Shown here: positions 19,639 through 27,814 of the stretch, in pieces
How positions within the stretch are numbered: the stretch's first letter is position 1
Layout of the letters: the number at the start of each line of letters is the position of its first letter
Notes under the pieces: model-generated
Seen by the model: only the letters and a program-made list of their open reading frames with translations
Database searches by the model: none
What the model was told of the DNA's origin: nothing
Origin: Alphaproteobacteria bacterium
GTDB taxonomy: Bacteria; Pseudomonadota; Alphaproteobacteria; Bin95
Length of the DNA stretch: 64,000 nucleotides
Assembly (NCBI GenBank): GCA_965205265.1
Contig: CBDBGH010000003.1
Location: forward strand, 3,712,001 to 3,776,000
Direction: 5' to 3'
Program-made: the position numbers and the translations under genes

Positions 19639-21140
19639 TCTTCGCTGTCCTCCTCGTGGTGGCTTGCGAGCCCGTCGTATCCGCCGAGGTCGTGATCGCG
19701 GACCGCGATATCGCGCAGTCTTGGATCGCCGGGCAGGTCGATGGGGATGGGTGGTGGCTCGTTGCGCTGTTCGCGCCGCCGGTTCAGGCTGAAGCGCACC
19801 GCATTGGGATGGGGGACGCCGCGCTCAAGGGCTTCATCGATGGCGGCTTCGAGTTCGACGGCTCCGTAGTCGTCGAGCAGGCGCAGCAGGGAGGCGACGG
19901 TTGTGCCGATATTGCCGCCGCGCCTGGCGGTCTCGGCAAGCAGGCGCTCGCTGTCGGGGGCGGCCTGGAGAAGGCGGCTCTGCCCGCGCAGGCGGTGGGC
20001 GTGACGTTTGAGCCTGACCAGCTCCTCGATGTGCTCGGGGGTCTCGATGCGGGCCGCCTTGTCGAAGCTGCGCGGATGACGGGCGACGGTGTCGGCGCCG
20101 TCGAGGATGCGTACCTCCTCCAGTGTCGCGACCACGGTGAGGGTGCGCCGCGTATGGGTATGCGGGACGCTATAGTCATTGAGGTCGAACCTGGCGTAGG
20201 GGGTCTTGCCGATCCTGACCTCGACCCTCTCGTCGACGGGGGGCCGGTCGTCGGGCAGCGCCATCAGGGAGCCGCGCTCGCGCTCGAAGGCCTCGCGCAC
20301 GGTGAGGGAGCGGTCGTCCGGCCAGCGACGGTCGGCGGCGACGCCGTCGCACCAGGCGCGGGCCCGGGCGTTCAGGTCGTCGAGGTCGCGCCAGGCGCGG
20401 GCGGCGAAGAAGTTGTCGCGCACATAGCGTATGGCGCGCTCCACGCGCCCCTTCTCGTTGCCGCGCGCGACCGCGACCGGCTTGGGCAGGAAGCGGTAGC
20501 GGGCGGCGAAGTCGAGGAGCCGGGGGTTGAACCGGATGGCGTCGCCCTGGCGCTCCAGCACGACGCTCTTCAGGTTGTCGTACCATAGCTCGCGGGGCAC
20601 GCCCTGCCAGGCCTCGAAGGCCTCGACATGGCCGCGCAGGAAGTTGTCCATCGCGGCATTGAGGTAGAAGTGCAGGAAGATGCGGCGCGAGTAGCTCAGC
20701 ACCATCACGAAGCCCATCAGCGGGCGCTCCGCGCGCCCGATCCTCACCTTGCCGAAGTGGGCCCAGTCCACCTGGGCCAGCTCGCCGGGCAGGGTCTTGA
20801 GGCGCAGATAGGCCTCGGCCACAGGCCGCGGGCGCTCCGGCGCGATCATGCGCCGGAAGTGGCTCTGGCTGCCCCGGTAGCCGCGCTCGACCGCCATCTG
20901 GTAGAGCCGGCTGGCTGGCAGCCTGGGCCAGACCGCCAGGGTCTGGCGGATGAAGGGCCGGAACGGATCGATCATCGAAGCCCTGCGCCGCCTCTCACGC
21001 GCGGGCGCCCCGGCGGCCGCTACCGCGCGCTCGACCGTGCCGTGGTGGACGCCGAGCTGGCGCGCGATCGTGCCGATCCTCCACTTCTCGGCAAAATACA
21101 GCCGCTGGATCTCGGCACGGGTCTGCTTGTCGATCGCCAT
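19635..21140 (-). CDS. istA: IS21 transposase IstA
   Basis: PGE.AQVDW, L.YSR, YDNLKS and EKGRVER. Confidence 0.95.
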   Translation of the reverse strand: MAIDKQTRAEIQRLYFAEKWRIGTIARQLGVHHGTVERAVAAAGAPARERRRRASMIDPFRPFIRQTLAVWPRLPASRLYQMAVERGYRGSQSHFRRMIAPERPRPVAEAYLRLKTLPGELAQVDWAHFGKVRIGRAERPLMGFVMVLSYSRRIFLHFYLNAAMDNFLRGHVEAFEAWQGVPRELWYDNLKSVVLERQGDAIRFNPRLLDFAARYRFLPKPVAVARGNEKGRVERAIRYVRDNFFAARAWRDLDDLNARARAWCDGVAADRRWPDDRSLTVREAFERERGSLMALPDDRPPVDERVEVRIGKTPYARFDLNDYSVPHTHTRRTLTVVATLEEVRILDGADTVARHPRSFDKAARIETPEHIEELVRLKRHAHRLRGQSRLLQAAPDSERLLAETARRGGNIGTTVASLLRLLDDYGAVELEAAIDEALERGVPHPNAVRFSLNRRREQRNEPPPIPIDLPGDPRLRDIAVRDHDLGGYDGLASHHEEDSEE

Positions 21141-21141
21141 C

Positions 21142-21576
21142 TCACTCCCTTCGCGCCTGGCGCAGGCCCGGATAGACCGCCAGGCCGCAGAACCGACCGC
21201 AGCGCTCGCAGCGGAACACCCGGGCGGGACGGTCGGGCCCGAAGGGCCGGGTTCCGGACCGCCCCGCCGGTATGCGCGCCACATCAGGACGCCGGCGCGC
21301 GACGGTCAAAGGGTGATGCGTCACTTTCTGCGCGATGGCCCGAACTGCCGGCTGCCGCACACGGCGCCGTTCGCGGTAGCGCCGCTGGCGCTCGGCATGC
21401 TTGTGACGGCCCCGGCGGCTGTTCTGGTAGCGCTGCCCCGCAAGGCGCACCGACCGACGCCGCGCCCGCCCGCTGCAACGCGGCGAACAGTAGATATGGC
21501 CAGAGTCGCAGCGCCGGCAGAGAACCACCTGGCGGCGGCACAGGGCGCAGGTGAACAGGCGGGCGGCGTTCCTCAT
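21142..21576 (-). CDS. Cys-rich, highly basic zinc-finger protein upstream of istA
   Basis: CALC..CRRCD.G..YCS..C, HA.RQ.RYR and CERCG..C; stop 1 bp before the istA ATG. Confidence 0.75.
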   Translation of the reverse strand: MRNAARLFTCALCRRQVVLCRRCDSGHIYCSPRCSGRARRRSVRLAGQRYQNSRRGRHKHAERQRRYRERRRVRQPAVRAIAQKVTHHPLTVARRRPDVARIPAGRSGTRPFGPDRPARVFRCERCGRFCGLAVYPGLRQARRE

Positions 21577-21805
21577 CGCGACCGATGAGAACGGGGTGGA
21601 CCCACGCCCGGACGCGCACGATACTGCGCTTCCGGGCCGCGCCTTGCATGGCTCGGGGGGTGCGGCGCCGGTCGTTGCCACCAAGCCAACGGGGCCGGCG
21701 CCGCATCGTTCTCAGAAGCCCCAGTCTACCCCCTGCCGCAGCCCGGGAACGGCCAACCCGGTCGCCAGGACGTCGCCGCCCTCCGGGAGGCGAAAATCTC
21801 AACGC

Positions 21806-21862
21806 GACGGGGGCCGAGGACTCCGGTCGGGCTACGCCCTCCTTCCGTCCTCGGCCCCCGTC
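21806..21862. other. Perfect 16-bp stem-loop in the IS21 5' non-coding region
   Basis: GACGGGGGCCGAGGAC (21806-21821) and GTCCTCGGCCCCCGTC (21847-21862), with inner hairpin GGGC-TAC-GCCC. Confidence 0.8.
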
Positions 21863-22403
21863 ATAAACCCGGCCGCGCCTGTCTCACGCTGTTTGTCGTG
21901 CGCACCACAAAAGCGCGCTACGCCAGCAAATATGCGCCCTTTATGATAATCACCGACATCCTGGAGCGTGCCGGCATATGGATGAGGAGCGCAAGCCGCT
22001 GGGACGAGCCGAAATTCGTGGAGGACTTCCTGCCGGGTTTCACCGCCGCAAACAACTACACGGTCGCGCCGCTGTTCGGGGTCGACATATGCCGGTTCGC
22101 CTTCGCTCCCCATCCGGAACCGATCGAGGAGGGTTGCTACGCCATTCGCATTTTCCTGCAGGACCGGGACGGCAGCCAATGGTCGGTCGGCACCGAACTG
22201 GTGACGCAGGACCTGGAGACCGGACAGTTCCTGGCGCAAACGCTGAACGACCGGCTCGGCCTCGATGCGGGGGCCTGCGAAATGTTCGCGGAGCAGGTAA
22301 TGGCGGCCAATCCGACCGGACGTCACCCGCGCAGCCGCCCGCTATAGTCCGGGCGGTTCAGGCAGCCGGGGAAACGCCTGCCAGCGCGGTCGACCGAATC
22401 TCC

Positions 22404-23291
22404 CTAGGCAGTCGTCGCCTTGCGGCGAATGCGGACCAGACCCGACTTGCGCCGGAGCGTCTCGAAACCGTCGCAGCGTTCCACCAGTGCGCCGAGTGTC
22501 TGGAAGCCGTAGTGGTACGGATCGAAATCCGGCTTTGCCGCCCGCAGGCGCTGGCCGACAAGGCTCAGCCGCACCCAGCGGTTACCGGACCCCTCCAGGG
22601 TCCCCGCGATCAGGTCCAGGGCCTCGTCCCGAGGCCTGCTGTTCCAGGTCCTCCAATCGCGTTTTGGCTCCGGCTCCGGGTAGTCCCTGTCGACAATCCT
22701 GGTGACGACGCGCCGCGCCCAGCGCGGCAGCAGGGGCAGCCCCCTCGCGAGGTCCGCCTTCACATGGTCCGGAAGCAGTCGTCTCAGGGGGACAATGGTC
22801 CGCGGATCATCTGCTGCACGGGCCCCGAGCCAATACAGCGCCTGGATGACGGGCGCGCCCGGCCGTCCGTGCCAGGCCATGATGCGTCCGCGCTCATGCC
22901 GGAGATGAACGGTAAATCGTCCGACCCGGATCTTACGGCTGTGCCCGTCCGTGGCGTAGAACACCTTGGTCGGGACCTGGTTGGTCAGACCCAGCCTGTT
23001 GGCGGCCACGCCGCCATCCGGCATGATGCGGATATTGTCGCGGCGCGCGACCGCCGCGACCGCGGCCTTGTAGTCCGGCGAGGCATCGCGCTTCAGGAAT
23101 TTGCTGTATCGCGGCAGGTCGTATAGCCCATACCCGACCCGGCGCAGCGGTCCGGTCCGGGCGAGGCGCGACAGCGCCTGTTCCACGGCCGCCCGACTCC
23201 CGAGGTCGAGGAAGTCCTTCGGCGTGCAGACCCAGCGGCCCCTGCCGTGGCCGCGCATGCGGCGCATGATCCTGTTTGCCACAGAGGGCAT
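22404..23291 (-). CDS. DUF6088 (AbiEi-like) protein fused to a C-terminal OST-HTH/LOTUS domain
   Basis: TPKDFLDLGSR.AV.QALSRL and A.AAN.LGLT.QVP....TDG; C-terminal WV.LS.VG..L....PDFDP..YGF..L..LV. Confidence 0.75.
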   Translation of the reverse strand: MPSVANRIMRRMRGHGRGRWVCTPKDFLDLGSRAAVEQALSRLARTGPLRRVGYGLYDLPRYSKFLKRDASPDYKAAVAAVARRDNIRIMPDGGVAANRLGLTNQVPTKVFYATDGHSRKIRVGRFTVHLRHERGRIMAWHGRPGAPVIQALYWLGARAADDPRTIVPLRRLLPDHVKADLARGLPLLPRWARRVVTRIVDRDYPEPEPKRDWRTWNSRPRDEALDLIAGTLEGSGNRWVRLSLVGQRLRAAKPDFDPYHYGFQTLGALVERCDGFETLRRKSGLVRIRRKATTA

Positions 23292-23343
23292 CGGGGTCGC
23301 CTCTCGTCAAATGGAAGGCCGGAAACAAGGGAAAGTTCCGGAA

Positions 23344-24093
23344 TTACCAGAGTTCACGCCGGAAAGGCGCAGTCTCGCCGGCCTGCAGGCGTGTGCGCAT
23401 CTCCTCGATGAGCGGCGTCTCGTGCCGGACCCTGTCGACCAGGGCCAGACCGGTGAGCAGCGCCTGGCGGACAATGCGCCGGTCCGGCGCCGGCCATTCC
23501 TCGCCCATGATGCGGAACTCGGCGCTGAACGCTGTCAGCGCGCCCGTCTCGACCAGGTTCCGGGCGCGACGAGCCTCGGGCGTATCGCGCAGGGTCAGGA
23601 CCACGCGCATGGCATCGTCGGCGTCCCGCGCACGCAGGCCCTTGCCGAACCCGCCGAAAGGCCGGCGCCAGTTATGCCGGACGTTCACCCGGATATTGTT
23701 GAGCAACAGGCAATGCGGTTCCCAGACTTCTGTGAATACTCCGCCTATGGGGATCGGTACGCCGTAGGGGATCAGCATGCCCTCGATCACCCCGGGAGCG
23801 GTCACGTCGAACGCAAAGGCGCGCCGCTCTGCCTGCTCCGGACTCCGCCTGCCCTCGCGGACCGGCGGGGGATCCGCGGGCTCGGGCCATGTCGTGATGG
23901 TCCTCCGCCCGGGTGCGGGCTCCCGGCGAGCGCCCCGTGCAGCATGTCGGAGGTCGCGCCCTGCATCGGGGCGGTCGATCGGCGGAACGGTATGGAGGAT
24001 GGGATCCCGGCCGCTGGACAGGGCCGAGTCGCCGGATTGCATGAAGCCTGCCCCGGACACCGATCCGGGGGAGTGGGAAAGGATTGCTGGCAC
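23344..24093 (-). CDS. HK97-type prohead protease-like protein (start uncertain)
   Basis: IEG...PYG...F.E, NVRHN (His), L...D, DT.EAR....LV..GAL..FSAEF (Ser) and R....A.L.GL.LVD. Confidence 0.7.
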   Translation of the reverse strand: MPAILSHSPGSVSGAGFMQSGDSALSSGRDPILHTVPPIDRPDAGRDLRHAARGARREPAPGRRTITTWPEPADPPPVREGRRSPEQAERRAFAFDVTAPGVIEGMLIPYGVPIPIGGVFTEVWEPHCLLLNNIRVNVRHNWRRPFGGFGKGLRARDADDAMRVVLTLRDTPEARRARNLVETGALTAFSAEFRIMGEEWPAPDRRIVRQALLTGLALVDRVRHETPLIEEMRTRLQAGETAPFRRELW

Positions 24094-24369
24094 AACAGGT
24101 TCCCGGCTGTCTTACCAGTCTCCATTCCGTTGGGGTTTGTCACACCTCGTCCGGAGCCGTTCTGTGACGCCGGGGGCGTCAGGAGGAGAGGGGGCGGACG
24201 GTCTCCCGGGCGCGCACGCCTTCCGGACCGTCATCGGCTGACCTTGGTTTCCAGCGCGATATCTATGCCAAACCGATTGCAGGAACAATCGGTAATTCCG
24301 CCCGGGCAGCCGAATTTCTCCGTAGCTGTCCCCATAGCCCCGGATCGGGGGTGTTTTTTACGAAACGCA

Positions 24370-24397
24370 TTGACAAAGTATCGAAAAACGATACTTT
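24370..24397 (+). promoter_or_regulatory. abiE promoter with palindromic autoregulatory operator
   Basis: TTGACA-N16-TACTTT overlapped by perfect inverted repeat AAAGTATCG-N5-CGATACTTT. Confidence 0.75.
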
Positions 24398-24406
24398 ATG
24401 CGCTTC

Positions 24407-25207
24407 ATGATGCCCATCCCTTCGCTCCACGCGCGCGACGTCATTGCGGACCTGGCCGCGCGCGGCCGGTATTGCTTCACCTCGTCCGAACTCCGTTCTG
24501 CGCTCGGATGCACACCGGCGGCCGCGCGTCAGGCGCTGGCCCGCCTTGCGGCGAAGGGAGAGGTCGCAAGCCCCGCACGCGGGTTTTACGTCATCGTGCC
24601 GCCCGAGTACAGGCGGCTCGGCTGCCTGCCGGCCGACCAGTTCATTCCGGCGCTGATGGAGCACCGGGATCTGCCGTATTACGCGGCGCTGCTCTCGGCG
24701 GCGCAGTATCATGGCGCCGCCCATCATCGTCCCCAGGAGTTCCAGGTCGCGGTCGGAAGAAGCCGTCCCGCGATCCTGTGCGGTTCGGTCCGCGTGAGCT
24801 ATGTCGCGCGCCGGAAACTGGCCGCCGTGCCGGTGGAGAGTTTCAACACTCCGCGCGGGACGATCATGGTGTCGACCGTGGAGGCGACGGCGGTCGATCT
24901 CGTCGGATACATGCGGCGCGCCGGCGGGCCGGACCGGGTGGCCGGCCTGCTTTCCGAACTCGGGCCGGCCCTGGACCCGCAGCGCCTGGCCCTGGCGGCG
25001 GAGACCGCCCCCGCGCCCTGGGCGCAGCGTCTGGGCTACCTGCTGGAGTTCGTCGGCGCCGGGGACAGGACGGGGCCTCTCGAGCGCCATGTGGCGCGCC
25101 GAGCCCCGAACGCCGCGAAGCTCCTGCCCGGCGTGCCGGCCGGGACGGCACCGCGTTCGAAACGCTGGCGGCTGGCAGTGAACGCGGACATCGAACCCGA
25201 CGCATGA
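24407..25207 (+). CDS. abiEi: Type IV TA antitoxin AbiEi
   Basis: GRY.FT..E, RGFYVIVPPEY, YY.ALLSAA..HGA.H..PQ.FQV and TA.DL; alternative starts 24398 and 24410. Confidence 0.9.
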   Translation: MMPIPSLHARDVIADLAARGRYCFTSSELRSALGCTPAAARQALARLAAKGEVASPARGFYVIVPPEYRRLGCLPADQFIPALMEHRDLPYYAALLSAAQYHGAAHHRPQEFQVAVGRSRPAILCGSVRVSYVARRKLAAVPVESFNTPRGTIMVSTVEATAVDLVGYMRRAGGPDRVAGLLSELGPALDPQRLALAAETAPAPWAQRLGYLLEFVGAGDRTGPLERHVARRAPNAAKLLPGVPAGTAPRSKRWRLAVNADIEPDA

Positions 25208-25998
25208 TCCCGCGCGACTACATCACCGAGTGGCGCATCCGGGCCCCGTGGGCGGAAGATGCCCAGGTGGAGCAGGACCTGGTCATCTGCCGGGCCCTTG
25301 TCGATATCTTCGCCGACCCCGTTCTCGCCGGAACGCTTGCGTTCCGCGGCGGCACGGCGCTGTACAAGCTCTATCTGACGCCGCCTGTGCGCTATTCCGA
25401 GGATATCGACCTGGTCCAGGTCGAACCCGGACCGGCCGGGCCGTCGATGGACAGGCTGCGAAACGCGCTCGACCCCTGGCTCGGTGAAGCGCGGTGGAAA
25501 CAGACGCAAGGCCGGGTGACGCTCAACTACAGGTTCGCGTCCGAGGGACCGACGGCAACGCCGTTGCGTCTCAAGATCGAGATCAATACCCGCGAGCATG
25601 GCGCCGTTCTCGGTTTCCGGAAGCGCCCGTTCCCGGTCGACTCGCGATGGTATTCCGGCGCGGTCGATATTCCCACCTTTGAACTCGACGAACTGCTGGC
25701 GACGAAAATGAGGGCGCTCTACCAGCGTCGCAAGGGCCGGGACCTGTTCGATCTGGCCATGGGACTGGCGGACCGGAGAAGCGATGCGGAACGCGTCGTG
25801 AGCACGTTCCGCGAATACATGGACCGGGAGGGCCATACAGTCACCCGCGCCCTGTACGAGCGCAACCTTGCAGGAAAGATCGGAAACGCTGAATTCGAGG
25901 CCGATATGAGCGCATTGCTCAGGCCCGGATCCGAATGGCGGCCTGCCGACGCGGCGCGGGTTGTCCGGGAGCAGCTGGTCTCGCGGCTTCCGGGCTAA
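25204..25998 (+). CDS. abiEii: Type IV TA toxin AbiEii (nucleotidyltransferase)
   Basis: QVEQDL, FRGGTAL.KL...RYSEDIDL, K.EIN and K.RAL.QR.KGRDLFDL; ATGA overlap. Confidence 0.93.
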   Translation: MIPRDYITEWRIRAPWAEDAQVEQDLVICRALVDIFADPVLAGTLAFRGGTALYKLYLTPPVRYSEDIDLVQVEPGPAGPSMDRLRNALDPWLGEARWKQTQGRVTLNYRFASEGPTATPLRLKIEINTREHGAVLGFRKRPFPVDSRWYSGAVDIPTFELDELLATKMRALYQRRKGRDLFDLAMGLADRRSDAERVVSTFREYMDREGHTVTRALYERNLAGKIGNAEFEADMSALLRPGSEWRPADAARVVREQLVSRLPG

Positions 25999-26388
25999 TC
26001 GTGGAGGCTCCTCGAAGAGCCTTCGCCGACACATGAGGAATGGCAGCCGCCTGCACCTTCGCCATTCGACAAGACCGGAATCCCGGAGGACTGAGGGGAG
26101 GCATATGCGCTACGGGCACCGGCAGCATCCGCGCAACGGTTCGCCAGTCTTGAGGCGTACGCCACAAATGCGTAAGCCGCCCGCGACCATGACAAAGGAA
26201 CGCAGGAACAGGTTCCGGCGCACCGGGATGCCGTTCTTGCTACTCGCGGCCTTCAACGACTTTTTGCCCGCCGGATTTCAGGGGCGATGAGCCCTGAGGG
26301 GCAACGCATGTCCGCGCCTCCGGGACCCCTGCCGGCGGCAGGCGGGTTTTCAGGTACAGCCACTAGCCGGCCTCCGCTTCGTGCCGCG

Positions 26389-26556
26389 GGCGTCCGGTTT
26401 CGTTGCGATCCACGCTACCCTGCATTCATCGACCATCTGGTCGCCGGCGGCGGGGCCGAATCAATGCTGGCCGACGACTCGTTCCGCGAGTGGCCGCGCC
26501 GGGGACCCCATCCCGATCACTGCGCAATATCGGCGGTGTTCGGGATGGGGCGTTAG
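26389..26556 (+). pseudogene. 3' remnant of an EEP nuclease gene paralogous to 29517-29684
   Basis: 46 of 55 aa identical, same length, same stop context GGGCGTTAGGCGC. Confidence 0.85.
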
Positions 26557-26584
26557 GCGCTCCCTGCCGGTTCCCCGGCATCGA

Positions 26585-26647
26585 TCCCGGAAATAGCACC
26601 GGGAAGGGCGCAGGCTGTCAAGGCGAGCCTCGCGGTGCTATTTCCGG
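26585..26647. promoter_or_regulatory. Promoter/operator motif shared with 48133-48169, plus a 15-bp inverted repeat
   Basis: Minus strand CTTGACA-N8-CCTTCCCGGTGCTATTTCCGGGA; CCGGAAATAGCACCG (26587-26601) inverted at 26633-26647. Confidence 0.6.
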
Positions 26648-26757
26648 CGCGCTCATAGGCCGGGTCTGCGGAGCGGGACTCCGTGGAATTGGTGAGCGCA
26701 GACTGGATGAGCGAGGGAGAGGCCGGATGACCGGGCCATCCCGATGAATGGTCAACG

Positions 26758-27468
26758 ATGAAAAGCGAGACAATGACTGACGGTGCTGGCGAGACAGTCA
26801 TGGCCAACTGCAACAGATGCGGTGGGGATCGGAGCAGTTATGTCAAGGCCGACCATGTTTGGCGCGACGATATCCATGACGGCATGATTTGGTGGAGAAC
26901 GGTATGGGAAATCCTGGAATGCGCCGGCTGTGGCGAGATCAGCGTCCGTCGGCGGCACATGTTCTCCGAGGACGTGGAGCCGGGTTATGACGAAGAGAGC
27001 GATTACATACCGGAGACGATTACCTATTGGCCGGCGAAGCGTCGCCATGTGCGCCCCGCTTGGCAGGACGCGATAGGCTGGCAGGTCCGCGCTCGCATCC
27101 CGGACGCTGTCGGTCGAGTCCTGGAAGAGGTCTATGCCGCGGTCGATCATGGGCTCCCCGTCCTGGCGGCATTCGGGACGAGAACGCTGCTGGATCTGTT
27201 GATGAGCGACAAGGTCGGCGACCCGGAGAAGACATTTCAAGAAAAGCTGAAGGCGATGGTCGCCCATGGGCATATGGGCGCGTATGAGAAGGGCCAGTTC
27301 TCGATCATGGTGGATGCCGGGCACGCGGCCGCGCATCGCGCGCATGTCCCCGACGAGGAAACTCTCGGCAAAGTCCTTAGGGCGGTCGAAGCGCTGCTTT
27401 ACCGGTTGTATGTCCTGCCGGCCGATGCCGAATCGGTCAAGGCGAACACGCCGAAGCGTTCGCGCTAG
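26758..27468 (+). CDS. DUF4145 (HEPN-like) domain protein with N-terminal Zn ribbon
   Basis: CNRC...CAGC; IP..V...L.EVY.A......LA..G.R.LL; R-like/G..AAH motif (GHAAAH). Confidence 0.8.
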   Translation: MKSETMTDGAGETVMANCNRCGGDRSSYVKADHVWRDDIHDGMIWWRTVWEILECAGCGEISVRRRHMFSEDVEPGYDEESDYIPETITYWPAKRRHVRPAWQDAIGWQVRARIPDAVGRVLEEVYAAVDHGLPVLAAFGTRTLLDLLMSDKVGDPEKTFQEKLKAMVAHGHMGAYEKGQFSIMVDAGHAAAHRAHVPDEETLGKVLRAVEALLYRLYVLPADAESVKANTPKRSR

Positions 27469-27696
27469 ACCCGAGCGCAGCGTTCCCCTTTCGGCAGGTT
27501 TCCTGCCGCCGCCAATGGCGGATCCTGCAATCGGGACGCCGCATCGATCATGAGCAGGTTCGAGTGCCGCCGACCGGACCGGGAGCCGGGTCTGCGCAAA
27601 ATTGGAGTCTGCCGGACCGGCAGGAGAACCCTAAATGTTGTGGTGCCGGGCTCGTCTGACACAACCGAGGGAAATTGCTGGGAGCGAGATTCCCCC

Positions 27697-27713
27697 CAAA
27701 ATATTCATCGGCT
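27697..27713. repeat. 17-bp direct repeat, copy distal from the tRNA
   Basis: CAAAATATTCATCGGCT vs CAAAATCTTCATCGGCT at 48322-48338 (16/17). Confidence 0.75.
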
Positions 27714-27814
27714 CTGATTTCGAGAGCAATCAGCCCCGACGGGCAACGCTATCCCGCGCCGCAGCCTCCCGCCAGGTGAGAGCGCCCGCCAACGACACAA
27801 GGGGAACCCCCTGA

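Larger units (their letters stand above)
16819..21958 (-). mobile_element. IS21-family element with accessory genes
   Basis: 38-bp imperfect TG..CA inverted repeats (TGTTAGCGACGGTTAGGAAGGGCGTTTATTTGCTGGCG vs TGTCGGTGATTATCATAAAGGGCGCATATTTGCTGGCG); 6-bp TSD TCCTGG at 16813-16818 and 21959-21964. Confidence 0.92.
16533..22347 (+). pseudogene. Conserved hypothetical gene split by the IS21 element
   Basis: Joining 16533-16818 to 21965-22347 restores a 222-aa frame (..CVRNTALEDLHAG..REPGFL|ERAGIWMRSASRWDEP..). Confidence 0.85.

Noticed and set aside
23344-24093. Prophage at the prohead protease gene
   Set aside because: No other virion, terminase, lysis or phage replication gene is nearby.
23101-25203. 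965-aa ORF 23101..25998 as one giant protein
   Set aside because: Only the last 264 aa are AbiEii; the upstream part overlaps real genes in other frames, a GC-rich open-frame artefact.
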